From Epiperipatus broadwayi (lineage: Eukaryota; Animalia; Onychophora): a DNA stretch of 64,000 bases. This document shows, piece by piece, positions 39,168 to 51,300 of the stretch. Location of the stretch: NCBI GenBank assembly GCA_028023455.1, contig JAQFVV010000001.1, positions 7,006,001 to 7,070,000 of the forward strand, given 5' to 3'. Positions within the stretch are counted from its first letter, which is position 1; the number at the start of each line of letters is the position of its first letter. The notes beneath the pieces were generated by a model. The model searched no databases. It was not told where the DNA came from and saw only the letters and a program-made list of their open reading frames with translations. The translations under genes were made by a program, and so were the position numbers.

Positions 39168-39256
39168 ATGGAGGATATTTTTCATTGGTGTAGGGAAGGG
39201 AATGCTTTACAAGTGCGGGTATGGCTAGACGATATGGAACACGATATGAATCAGGG
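39168..39256 (+). CDS. ILK: Integrin-linked kinase coding exon 1
   Basis: [29 protein letters not shown](G)|gtgagt; unmistakable ILK N-terminus. Confidence 0.97.
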
Positions 39257-40707
39257 GTGAGTTGTAGTTTTCATTTCTCGCTGAAAGTCTCTGATGTATC
39301 AATCACTCATTGTAAAGCTTTTTTTTTTTTTACAATTTTTAAAATAAAATTTACCTTTTGCACCACTTTTAATTATAAAGTTAATCAATTTAAGTATTCA
39401 GACCATATTTGGAGAAGCTGCCGTAAATTTGGTCGTTTTTTCGAACTTTTGTTATATAAAAGTTGAGTTCTTGGTTTTTTCTGTTTATATTATTTTTTAT
39501 ATTCCTTTCTTTTATACTTTTTTACAATATGTTATCCTACATAATTTAAAACTAAAACTTTTAACTATACGAACTTTATTTTTTGTTTTGCCGTGTTTAT
39601 ATTGGACACACCCTTATTCTAACGAGTTAAAGAATATTATTGAGTGGTTTGTTACAAAATCGTAAAGTTTTATTTTCAGCTTACTGATTGTATATATTGT
39701 AAAATGAATGTTGTAATCTTTAGAAAATGCGAATAACTGCAATTTAAGCCGAAATGTATTTATTAAACATTTAAAATAAACAGTTTTATTTCGTTGTTAA
39801 TACTATTATTTTGATTATCTTTCGCATCCTCTGTTAAAACTCCAAAGATCATATTGAAACACATTTCTATTTCTCTTTAAATATTTGCTTTTTTCATCTG
39901 TAATACGGTTGTCAATCTATGACAAGGATGATTTTCTGCAATTTTTTACAATGTTTTAACTATTATATATTATTTTGTTAAAAAACTTGCAAAATAAATA
40001 TTTTGAAGAATATAGAAATGTTAATATTGAAATGATGTATATTTCAAGCAATCGCGGTTATATATATATTCTAATGTCCCAATGGTAACAATGATTGGAT
40101 TTAAAACTACAGACTAATATATCAGTTATAACAGAGGAACATTAATAAAAATCTGAACCATTCAGTTAGATGAACTGTTAATTGATTCATAAGCAAAGAT
40201 CATGTGATAAAAAATATATGTATAAATTTTGAAATGCAAAATCAATTAATTAAAGGGTTCTATGTATCTTTTGTTATCTAATAAATGATTTATGCATCTT
40301 AATTATACAATGATCTTTTTAAGAAGCTAGAATAAATATGGAAATCAATGGCAAACTATTACCATTAATAATCAAATGTTTTGTCTTGTTAAATTACAAG
40401 CAAAGAACTTAACAAACATAACATGGAAGAAACAAAAAGGATTTTTGATCTAGGGAAAATAATAGAAGACTGAAATTGTACATTTTAGAGAATGGTTTTG
40501 TTTTTTGAGAAATCTTTAGAGAGTAACATCCTGATCTGCACATTTTTCTTGGAAACTAAAAAAAATTATAGTATAAAATAAATGTCTGCAAAAGTGAAAT
40601 TTTGTGAAAAAGGTAAAAACATTCATTATATATATATAAGCATACAAATTTTAACTTTGTTATTAGCAGCTAGGTTTTAGTAAGAAAAAGAATGTTAAAA
40701 CAAAGCA

Positions 40708-41024
40708 TCACATGGTTACCATTCTTTATGCTTGCCAAGCTGTTAACACAGAGGCAAAACTCTCCATACAGTAGCACCATTCAGTGTAATCCAGAGTAAT
40801 CAATGGATTCAAGATTTATGCATAAAATTCCCATCTAGTGCCTACTCATTCAATATCCCCAGACTAGTTTCTAGATTTTGGCTTTCATCAGTGAGGAGAG
40901 GAGCCTTGGATCTGAGAGCATTGCATCTAGATGGGGATTTTATGCATTAAGCTTTTGGCATCCATTGATTACTCTGGTTTGCATGAGTGGTGCTACTGTA
41001 TGGAGAGTTTTGCCATTGTGTGTA
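40708..41024 (-). mobile_element. Family A copy in ILK intron 1
   Basis: Tail on the left; arms ~40750-40840 / ~40925-41014; 12-bp direct repeat taaaacaaagca at 40696-40707 and 41025-41036. Confidence 0.85.
40856..40897 (-). ncRNA. Minimal hammerhead motif (family A), stem II partly mismatched
   Basis: Minus strand TCCTCA-CTGATGA-AAGC(CAAAA)TCTA-GAAAC-TA-GTC-TGGGGA. Confidence 0.6.
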
Positions 41025-41449
41025 TAAAACAAAGCAGAAAACATTTTTTAATTAGTATATGAACAGATTTAATCTCGTCATCTTGCTATGCTATTTTTTA
41101 ACTTCTGCTGCAAACTTTTTCCTGAAGATTTTACCACTTTGTCTAATTGTATTTCTCCATTGCATTTTTTTCTTCTATATTTTTTTCAATACAACAATCC
41201 AATCAGTATTATATTTGTTTAGTGTTTGCCTTTGCCTTAAACTTTATGATATAAATTGCATTTACTGACTCACATGAAAATGATAATCATGTTTACCATA
41301 AAAACAATTTTTTTAAAGTCTTTTACTTTTCATTCACTTCATGTGCTCATATCCAATGAAAGTGTTGTCCTTACAATAGATTCAGTTTAGCTATCTCTAA
41401 CAATCACTACTTTTACTAAACTAAAGAACATATTGATCATATTTTTCCA

Positions 41450-43350
41450 AATATTTCTGGTCATTAAATGCCATCTTTATTTTATACTGAAAATAGATCT
41501 AAGTCTCACATCTGCACAATAATAGAATAATAATTCTATATATAACTAGTTGAAAGAATTGTGTCACTGCTATGAAATAATGCATCATTAGCATATTAGA
41601 GTTATATTGGACTTGAACATCCATATCACATTTCTATTAAAATATGGCAAAGGTTTTAAATTGCTCCACCTTCTCAAAATGATTTGAAAATTTTTTTCAT
41701 CACTGGCTGATTATTAAACCAAAGCCTTTCTAAACATTGTGGTGATCATCTTTGGATTGATAAGAATATCACTGTCATGAATATAATATAATTTAAAAGC
41801 TATGATGTTATTTTTAATCAGTTCAAATATCAAATCACTATCAAATAATATTTTATCACCTTTTTCATGAAGCTGTCTTTAAACTTACCCCAAAGACTAG
41901 AGTTATAAATATGGAAACAAAGTTGGAGTTGGTTTGCATCCCTGTATAACATCATTTTTTATTTCAAGTGTCTGGTTTTTATACTTTGATATTATGGTAT
42001 AATATGAATAAACTTTTGTATACTTATCTATTTTCAAAACATTGCCATAATATTTTTTTTATTAATCAAAGAAAAATCATTTTAGCAGCATTTTATATTA
42101 AAGGTAGTAATTAATTTCCACACATTTGCTCACAATAGTTTTCTAGCATTTGTCTGGCAGCAAATACCCCATCTGTTTTATGATTCTTGATGCACACAGT
42201 TTCTGATAATCATTGATCTTTGATCGGAAACAACTCATTCAACTAAAATTCTTGAAAATGCTTGTGCTGTAATACATAAATAATGATTATCATAATGGTC
42301 AATATATTCTTTTCTATGTTCTTGATTTTTATATTTTACAATAGAACATCATTAAAATTACATGGCACTATTTCATGGCTCGTATTTTTTTAATTCCAAT
42401 TGTTTTGAAGATAACATATTGCTACTATATTTTAAAACCCACTTATTTCACTAGGATCATAGTTTTTTTTTTTTTAAGATTTCATCTGTGACTTTAACTT
42501 CAAAATAGATACTGGTATCTTCATCCAAATCTTAATGGTATAGTGAATATATTAATTAAAAATAATCATCAAAATTCTTGTTTTACTATTCAGAAGATAA
42601 TCAGAATAATTCAAACTACAATTTGCAAATAGTTAAATTTCATTTTATATTTTGCCAAACTGAAAATGCCCCAATTTCACTTAATCAAGACTCTAATAAT
42701 ACAATTGTATTTAGAGAATGAATCATGATTTGTTTGTTTTTTTATTGCAATGTATAGTATTTTAAGAGAATTCCATGCCTTAATAATATAATTAAACTGA
42801 AAATTTAAATTGGCCATTTCAATATGAAATAGCAGTTGATATTTGACATTGAATAACATTTAATTTCTCAAAAACATATTAGCACATTTTTTTAGCAATA
42901 TAACTGTATTATTATCACTATTATTTTAATCTTGGAATACACTAATTTATGAACTGTTCAACAAGTGCTCACTTAATATTGACTTCTTTTATTTTCTTTG
43001 CCCTCACTGTAACATATTCCATAAGATGTCATTGTTTTGACTATGATTGCACCAACCAGTGTTTGTGATTATCAAGAAATATGTTTTCAATAATAAAAAA
43101 TTCAAAATCCAAATCCATTATTTTCAATAATTTTGAATCATATTTTCCTATTTCTAATATCAAGTGCATTAAAATTTCTAAAAAGTAAAATTCTATCTCT
43201 TATTAGTTTAGAATAGTATCCATTATCCTGAACTTTTTGAATTTAATATTGGAAATTAAGCATTGATAAATGGTCAGAAATGCCATTGCATAAATTAATT
43301 TTCAATACCATTAGTGTTTTGTTGATATATGTAGTGATTCAAAAAATAGA
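41450..43350 (-). mobile_element. RTE-clade LINE fossil
   Basis: Minus-strand peptides FSDHLSM (APE SDH motif, ~43261-43280), DGVFAARQMLENYCEQ (~42125-42175) and VIQGCKPTPTLF (~41920-41950); heavily decayed, boundaries approximate. Confidence 0.7.
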
Positions 43351-46300
43351 AAACATCAAATTAGATTTATCATTAATACTGATAATTTGTTTTTCACTCA
43401 AATGTTTAAAAAAAAAAAAATGTTAATTACTTGCTTAATTAAATTTTATTTTTCTGCAAGATGAGTTTCACTAGGAGCATTTTTATCTGTTATAAATCTT
43501 GACAACTCTAGTATTATGTTAGTTTTTGGAACAATCCACATCAAGCGAAATTCACATCTTCCATATACTTATATATAGAAAAAAAGAGAAATATTTAACA
43601 TCATTACTATCATCTGCTTTGTCATTACCACTTAAATGTACAAATTATTAGACAGTAATAATAACCAAATTTTGCAAAATATGCCATTTTTAAATATTTA
43701 TTTTAAAGTCTTTTTATATTTTTTGAGAACCGGAGATATCTGACATAAAGTTATTCAAATATAAAATGATTTCATTGCTATGAATTCTGCATATTCATAC
43801 ATATTTACATACAAAAAAAAAGAAAACTTAAGATTCAGAATTGCTGTTGTTTTATTAAAGGCTAGAAAGCATATTGAACGAATAATTCAATCACATTAAT
43901 TAGTTAGAGGGGTGACAGATGAGAAATTCATATTGAATGTTTTTTATAGTGACCTTACATAACTTAAGCTAGTTAGATTTAAAAAAAGGAGAAAATCAGA
44001 AAAAAAGTACAAAAGAGACATTAAAATCTGCTAATATTGGAAGATAGTTGTATAATCGGTGTAATGCGTCCACTTGATGGGCTGTTGCTTGCAAAAGCAC
44101 AGAAATATGCTGTTTATGGGGCCCAACTTACAGCCTCTAGAACAGCTGTTCATATTAGCCGTTAGCAGGTGTAGATACCGTTGCACACTGTGCTTCGCGT
44201 CACTATGGAAATAGTGCACACTTCATAGATCATTACCGGAGGATGTATGAAATTCAACAGGCCATAAGTGTTTTTATGTGCAATCGAATTAAGGATCTTA
44301 TACCTTATCTGATGTACTATTACATACTAATAATCTTGATATATATGTTAAAAGGCAGCAGGAGATACTTATTGAGATTTTGAGATTCTGATTATTGGTT
44401 ATTCACAACTAATTCTCATTAACTTGCATTATAAATTATCATTTTAATCATAATTAATTCATCATAGAGTGGTCTCTTAAGTTTAATCTAGTTTTTCTGA
44501 CCTTTCTCTTGAAAAAACTTATCTATCCATCTTATATTTCATCACTTTCTGAGTTGTTGGTTTTTTTTTTAATTTTTGGGGATTCTGTTTAATACTTCAA
44601 CTCTTCTAATTAACTTGTCTATCCAGGCTTTATTTCAGCATCTTAATTCTTTCATTGATGTTAATGATACTTCTTTGATTTATCACCCGTATAGTTTACC
44701 ATTAAAGTTGCCATTTTTTTCAAATTTAATACCAGGGTATTTGAAATAGCTCAGACAGCATGAGTAGAGTCACTGTTGTAGAATATAAGTTGAAAAAATA
44801 TTATGGAGTATGTTTATCTTTTTTTGTCTTTAAGTGAAAAAATACAACAAAAAAAATCAAATATAGCATTGGAAGAAAGTGGTTTTAATAAAAAAAGGTA
44901 GAAAAATACTTAAAATTTCCTAAACTATACTGGTTACATTTCACAACTAACCAGGATTCCAATGGCATGAAAACCAGTATTGTACTGGTAAAATCAGTAC
45001 ATATGGTCATTTTATTCACTATTGATCCTTTCTTGTTATTCCCAACATATATCTCTTTATATTTCATTGTCATAATGTGTTGATTTGTATTTGTTTATTT
45101 ATTTTCTTTGTAATTTTTTGGATAGTGGGGAGGGGGGGGGATAATAAACAAAAATAGGAATTGAATTTATATTAATAATCATTGTGGATAAAAATTTACT
45201 TTTGAATCATCTCTATTTTGAGGATTATTGTCCAATTTTTTATACTTTTTAAATTATTACATAAATGAAGCTACATTTTTATGAGAAAAAGTTTTAGATA
45301 ATTTAGAGATATAATAAACAAAGATACAGGATGGGGAAATGACTGAAAACATGCAATAAAATGTTTTTGAATATTTGTTTATTTGGAAAATTTAATAGTG
45401 CAAAACTCATAAAAATTATAATAAAACAGTCTTGGAGAAAAGGTGTGAGAATTCTGGCAATGTTTCTTCTCTGGAATTATATTTGATTACTTTGCAAAAT
45501 TATTTAAGAAATGCAGGCTATATTTCTGAAGTAGTTATATGATTTTCAGATTAATAAAATCAAAGCAAAAATTAAGTCAAAGACTGTAATTGGTAAGGCT
45601 GGAATAACTAGAAAGAGATATTTCTGGAAGATTACAGCTGTATGAAAGACAATGTTAGTATATTAATATAGGAAAATGTTTTCTGTTTGTCTTTCAAACA
45701 TGCTATTTAAAAATTCATTTCATATTGAAAGAATTAGTTTACTAAAAGCAAGCTTATTATTTTGATAATTAGATCACATTTGTTCCTACAGAAATAATGT
45801 TTTCATTTGAATTAATCCTTCTATTTCTTAATTTTATTGACATCAAAAGTAATAAAAATGTTAAATTTTAATAATTTGAATTATGTAAATTAAAGCATTT
45901 CATAACCAACCTTTGCATATCTGCACTGGCATATAAATGAATAATAATTGTGTTAACAAAAAACTATTTTCATAGAAACTATTTATAAAATTTTTGAAAT
46001 CATAGTTGCCATCATAAAGAAAGAGCAATTTGTAGCAGGTTAGTTAGACAATTTTTTTACACATAATTGTAAATTCATTAAAACCAATCGAACCTTAAAA
46101 TTAATGCCAAGTTTTTTCTTGATCATCCTTTAATTTTTACTATGACATCAGAAACATTAGTTGAAACAATCATATTTAGTCACTTGTACTACGGCAACTA
46201 TTGATTTGATTTATGTGAAGTTTAGCATGCTATTATCAGCAACAGAATTCTTTGCTATATATTTCAAAAGAGAATAAGCTATTTCTTTCATTCACAGGAT

Positions 46301-46631
46301 AAGTTAAGTAGTACAAAAGCAGTCTTCATAGCTTGAGTAATCCATGATTACCAGCTTCATATAAAATCCTTATCCTTAGGATCTGAATTTCCATTCTCAG
46401 ACTGATTTCTGTCTTTTGCTTTTATTAATGAGGTCTACAACTCAAAGTTGAAAGGAATGCAGATATGCATTCAACAATTACTTTCAACTTTACTAATTTG
46501 AAATTCAAATCAGCCTAAAGTTTTAAACACTAGTCAATTTGCTTAAATATTTTAGATCTAAAACCAGTTCAGCAACTATATATTTTAGTATTTTCAGTTA
46601 TTTACTAACTATAGATACCGAAGTTTTTAGA

Positions 46632-46670
46632 CTTCATTGATAAAAGTGAGAGCTAGAAACTGGTCTGAAG
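46632..46670 (+). ncRNA. Degenerate minimal hammerhead motif
   Basis: CTTCA-TTGATAA-AAGT(GAGA)GCTA-GAAAC-TG-GTC-TGAAG: perfect 5-bp stem I and a GUC triplet, but the core has two substitutions. Confidence 0.45.
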
Positions 46671-47819
46671 ATGAAGTTTTAAACATTAAGTATATGGATT
46701 TTACATACATCTGATTGCTCAACTTTACACTAAATGCCAGTAAAGCAGAGATCTGCTTTTGTCTTATATTGTTTTAACTGGATATTTGACGATTATTATT
46801 AAGGTAATAGTTATTGGCAGTCCGAGAAATTTTTAAGCATGAGTGCTTGATCACAGTGTCGCTGCAAAAAAGTAAGCAAGGGAAACAAAACAAAGCATTT
46901 CTAATTTCACAACCATTTTATTTTATCATACCAATCATTGTTAAAAGATCTAATGTATTTTTAATTTTACTAACTGCTCTTTGACAAATAATACTTGGAG
47001 TAAATCGAACTTTACTTTTTATTTCAATTTTTTATTTAATGACAATTGGGAAATTTTTTTTTTATTATTTATATATTCAATATTAACACTTACCATAATA
47101 AATATTTAAAATAATATTTCTTTTATTATTATATTTTTCTGTATTAAATATTTATATGTTAATTTATAAATGTTATTTACAAGAAAAAAACAGAATATTC
47201 TATTGCTCATACTAAATGAAAAAAAATTATTCACTCTGAAGAGAAACCGAAATAAATAAACATATCACACTCAAATAAATATTGACACTGCGGAAAGAAT
47301 AGCTCCAATTATGCTAGTTATGCACATTGATAAAAGCAAGTGAATATCAATGGAACATGCTGAAATTCACTGAATATGAGATTTCTGTAATTTCCATAAT
47401 TAGCAGCACCTTTGAATAGAATATTAAGCATTGCTTAAAATAATTCTCTTTAAAAATAGTTTAATTAGTTGTAAATTTAATAATTAATTTTTTTCTGGAG
47501 ATGCTGTAGCGCCATAGTGTTTGTGGGGCAGATGGCACTGGTAGTACTGAATAATTATATTTCTAGGCAGATTTTTAAATGTTATAGTAAAAGACAATTC
47601 TTAAGATCTTCCAGCTGAAATATTTTAAACTATGTTTTCTGTAATTTATGATAGACTACCTAAATGTTCTGAAATATAAATAGTTGAGACATATCACTTT
47701 TTAATGTATTATACAAAGCAATTGTTAGTGCAGTCACATTGATAAATTTAATTCAGTTAATGTCTGGCCCTATGAATCATGGAAAAAACTTTGATCCCAA
47801 ATGGTAAGAAAAATAAATA

Positions 47820-48075
47820 TTAAAACAGGCAAAACTCTCTATACGTATTGCCACTTAGTGCAAGCCAGAGTAATCAATGGATGCCAGAAGGCTTGTGCAC
47901 AAAATCCCTATCTAGTGTCTACTTATCCAATATCCCCAGACTAGTTTCTGGCTTGTGGCTTCGTCAGTGAGAAGCCTTGGATCTGAGAGCAATACGCATA
48001 GAGAGTTTTGCCTGTTTTAATAACAGTTATAAGCAAGCATAAGAAATAATGTTCATATGATGTTTATTGCTTTAA
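47820..48075 (+). mobile_element. Family A copy in ILK intron 1 (long inverted arm, tail on the right)
   Basis: ttaaaacaggcaaaactctctatacgtattgc...gcaatacgcatagagagttttgcctgttttaa followed by tail taacagttataagcaagcataaga...; no clear TSD. Confidence 0.85.
47933..47973 (-). ncRNA. Minimal hammerhead motif (family A), stem II shortened by 1 nt
   Basis: Minus strand TTCTCA-CTGACGA-AGC(CACAA)GCCA-GAAAC-TA-GTC-TGGGGA. Confidence 0.6.
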
Positions 48076-49089
48076 AAATAAGTGATGTTACAAATGAATC
48101 TTATTTCTCTAATACACTACTTGAAATAAGCTACAATGATGTATGATCCTTAGTTACAGGAGCAGTCAAAATATAAATGATAGATTAGTTTCAGATTTAT
48201 GTAGTTAATCGATTATATTTAGATATTGAAACTTTCTAGTCATTATTTTTAACTAACATAAAAAGATAAATACCCGATGAAGCTAGTTGTTCAGAAATTA
48301 GCCATCAGAACTTCTTTTTTATTTAGACTTTTGGATTATTCATGTAATCAGACAAAGCTATGATCTACAGTTTTTTTGTTTGATAAATTTGGAAATTTTT
48401 TCCATTACATTCTTTTTCAGTTTGTCAGTTTTATAGTTATTAGATTGATCCATGTCATTGCCAAAATAAGTGCAGGTAATCTTTAAATTGTTTTAAAATC
48501 TAGATCAATATATAAAACCAATTGAAATTCAATTCATCAGCCTAACATTTCCATGAGTATTTTCATTTTAGGATTTTTAAATTATGTATTTAGTATTTCT
48601 ATTCTATGCTTTATACTAAACCTTATTAATAATTTCATTTCTCATTTGTATTCCTAATCAATCATTTTCTATGATCTCTTCTTTATTTAATTTTAAAATA
48701 TAACTATAGGGGTCTCCTTGTTTTGTTTTGTTTTGTTTTTATATAATTTTTCCTTGCATACCATAGTTTTAGCATCTTTAGTAATAGCTTATTGCAGAAT
48801 AATTCTTCTTTTAATATCAAGATGTTTTATATTTTTGACACTTTTATTCTCTTTTGTAGTTTTTTTTTTTAACTATTTTACAATTATATATGTATATTTT
48901 ATTTAATCATTAACAAGTTTTCACAATATTTTAGAAAATTCCTGATATTCTGTAATTGTTTTCATCCTCTCCAAATATTTTTTATCTCATTTGAAGATTT
49001 ATTGGTGAAAAAATTATTGTTTTTTCTGCTTAGGTAGGTATTCTTAATACATAATTTATCTTCTTAGTAATCTTGTTCAAATCAGCCAT

Positions 49090-49150
49090 TTTGAAAGTCT
49101 ATTAATATTGCAAAACAATTTGAAAGTCTATTAATATTGTAAAACAATTT
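49090..49150. repeat. 29-bp tandem duplication
   Basis: tttgaaagtctattaatattg[c/t]aaaacaa twice. Confidence 0.85.
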
Positions 49151-50792
49151 GTTAAATTTGACTTTGATTTCACTGAAATAATTTTTAATAGCTTTTGTCT
49201 CTCATGTTTTACATTACCACATATCTTTATGTCTCACTAATCTGAATCTGTTAAATTCATTATAATCTTGAAAAGATATTTTCTATTATTATATAATATA
49301 ATTCAACTTTCTGATAAATCATTTCGATACTTTCATGTTATTTTCTATTTAGGATTTTTTTTTTAAAAAGAAATAAGATACAATTTTTTTTTATAAATTC
49401 TAAAAATCTTTGTTCTTTTTCATTTCTGAATCTATATCCATATTTACTCTTAGCACTTTATCTTTTATTTTTTTTTCATTAAAATTTCTCTGACAAGTTT
49501 AAAATATTGATTAATCTAATCAAAAGCATTATGTGTATGATTTTAACAATCCTCTATTTATTCATCAGAATGGGAATTTGTTGAAGCATAATCTTTTGAT
49601 GTATCTGCATTTGTTGTCATTCATTAAATTGAATAATTAATCTTGTTACTCTGACTATTATACTTGAAATTTATGTTATTTGCCCTTTTTACATTTATAA
49701 TAAATATCATTTCACTTGTGTTATCAATTTTTGTGCCTTATAATAAATTACATGTTCATTTTTCAAATCATCTCTTACATCTTCCAGTGGCACAAAAAAA
49801 ACTGACAATGATCTTTTAATGTTAATCAATTATACAATTTTTTTTTTATTCCAGAATGATTTATAGTTTATCAAATAGCCTAAATTAACAATTCTTAATA
49901 CTCTCTGCCATCAGTCACCAAATCATATTTCTGGAATATGAGGATGATAATATATTTACATCCATTATAAGTTTAATTGCAGAAAAAGAATGAGTATTTA
50001 CACACAGCTCTCAAAAAAAAAAAAAAAAAAGCTCAATCATTCTACTTGTCTGGAACAAAAGACCATGATGTTTTCTTAGTTTTAAATTCCAGAATAAAAA
50101 CAGGAAACTCAAATCATATTAGTTGATACATGTTAATGCGCAGTCCATTCATATTCATTTATAATGTACATAATCTTACAATATTAATATCTTCAAATTA
50201 TATGTGGAGTGAATATTAGAATTTGATTTCTTTAAAATCCAAGAGGAATCAAAAAGTCCCTCCTTTGAATTAGTAATGAACTTATATATATTGTTCATGT
50301 CAAGAAATAACATTATTTTTTTATTTATTTAAGAATTAAGCAAATAATATATAATTTAAAGTTCTTTTAAATCTGTTATTCCAAAGTTTTATAAAGAAAA
50401 TGGTATAATGTCTGGAGAAGAAATAATAGTTTTTTTAAAAATAAACTATATCTATTTATAGTATGTGTTTTTTTTTGTTGTTGTTTAATGTATTTTTTCA
50501 ATACTGTGTATAAAATTTATGTGAAAAGTATTTTTTATTGAAAATATGCAGTTCTATATTAATCTTTTTTTGAAATATTATTTATAAAATATTTTTATGT
50601 ATATATATTCAAATTAAGCATATTAAGATTTTTAACTGTTCTGCTGTTCTAATTATTAACATTGAACGAATTATAAATTTTTGTTGTGCATTAATATTAT
50701 TTTTATTAGTCAATTTTTTATTTTTTAATGGTCAAGTTTCATTATTAAAAAATAGTATATATGTAGAAACTAACTGCATATGATTTTTACAG

Positions 50793-50958
50793 GGATGATC
50801 ATGGATTTAGTCCTCTCCATTGGGCTTCCAAGGAAGGACGATCCAACATTGTTGATATGTTGATCATGCGAGGTGTGCGTATTAATGCAACTAATATGGG
50901 AGATGATACAGCATTACATCTAGCATCAAGTCATGGACATCGAGATATAGTTCAGAAA
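50793..50958 (+). CDS. ILK: ILK coding exon 2 (ankyrin repeats)
   Basis: tttttacag|G GAT...: [55 protein letters not shown]|gtaagt. Confidence 0.97.
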
Positions 50959-51050
50959 GTAAGTAATTTATTAATTCAAGCTTTTTTTGTTTATCATGCA
51001 TGTATGTTTATGTGTATATGAGCTTATATTTTATAAGTATGTAAAAAATT

Positions 51051-51300
51051 AAAACAGGCAATACTCACTATACATATGCCACACACACACATATATTCCA
51101 AGGCTTTTCACTGATGAAGGCCACAAGCCAGAAACTAGTCTGGAGATATTGGATGAGTAGGCATTAGATGGGGATTTTATGCACAAGCCTTCTGGCATCC
51201 ATTGATTACTCTAGCTTGATGTGTGTGTGTGGCATACATATAGTGAGTATTGCCTGTTTTAACAACAGTTATACACAAGCATAAGAAGTGGTGGTCATGT
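51051..51300 (+). mobile_element. Family A copy in ILK intron 2 (cleanest example)
   Basis: ~43-bp inverted arm (51051-~51093) pairs with ~51216-51260; 40-bp tail 51261-51300; perfect 13-bp TSD tatgtaaaaaatt (51038-51050, 51301-51313). Confidence 0.9.
51105..51146 (+). ncRNA. Intact minimal type I hammerhead ribozyme motif (family A)
   Basis: TTTTCA-CTGATGA-A-GGC(CACAA)GCC-A-GAAAC-TA-GTC-TGGAGA: 6-bp stem I including G-U pairs, canonical core, palindromic ACTAGT stem III, GUC triplet (predicted cut after 51140). Confidence 0.8.

Noticed and set aside
24107-51300. Family A as a Helentron/HINE or an ordinary MITE
   Set aside because: Long variable TSDs (11-14 bp), freely varying arm lengths and an embedded hammerhead fit a retro-type (PLE) mechanism better; Helitron-type elements do not make such TSDs.
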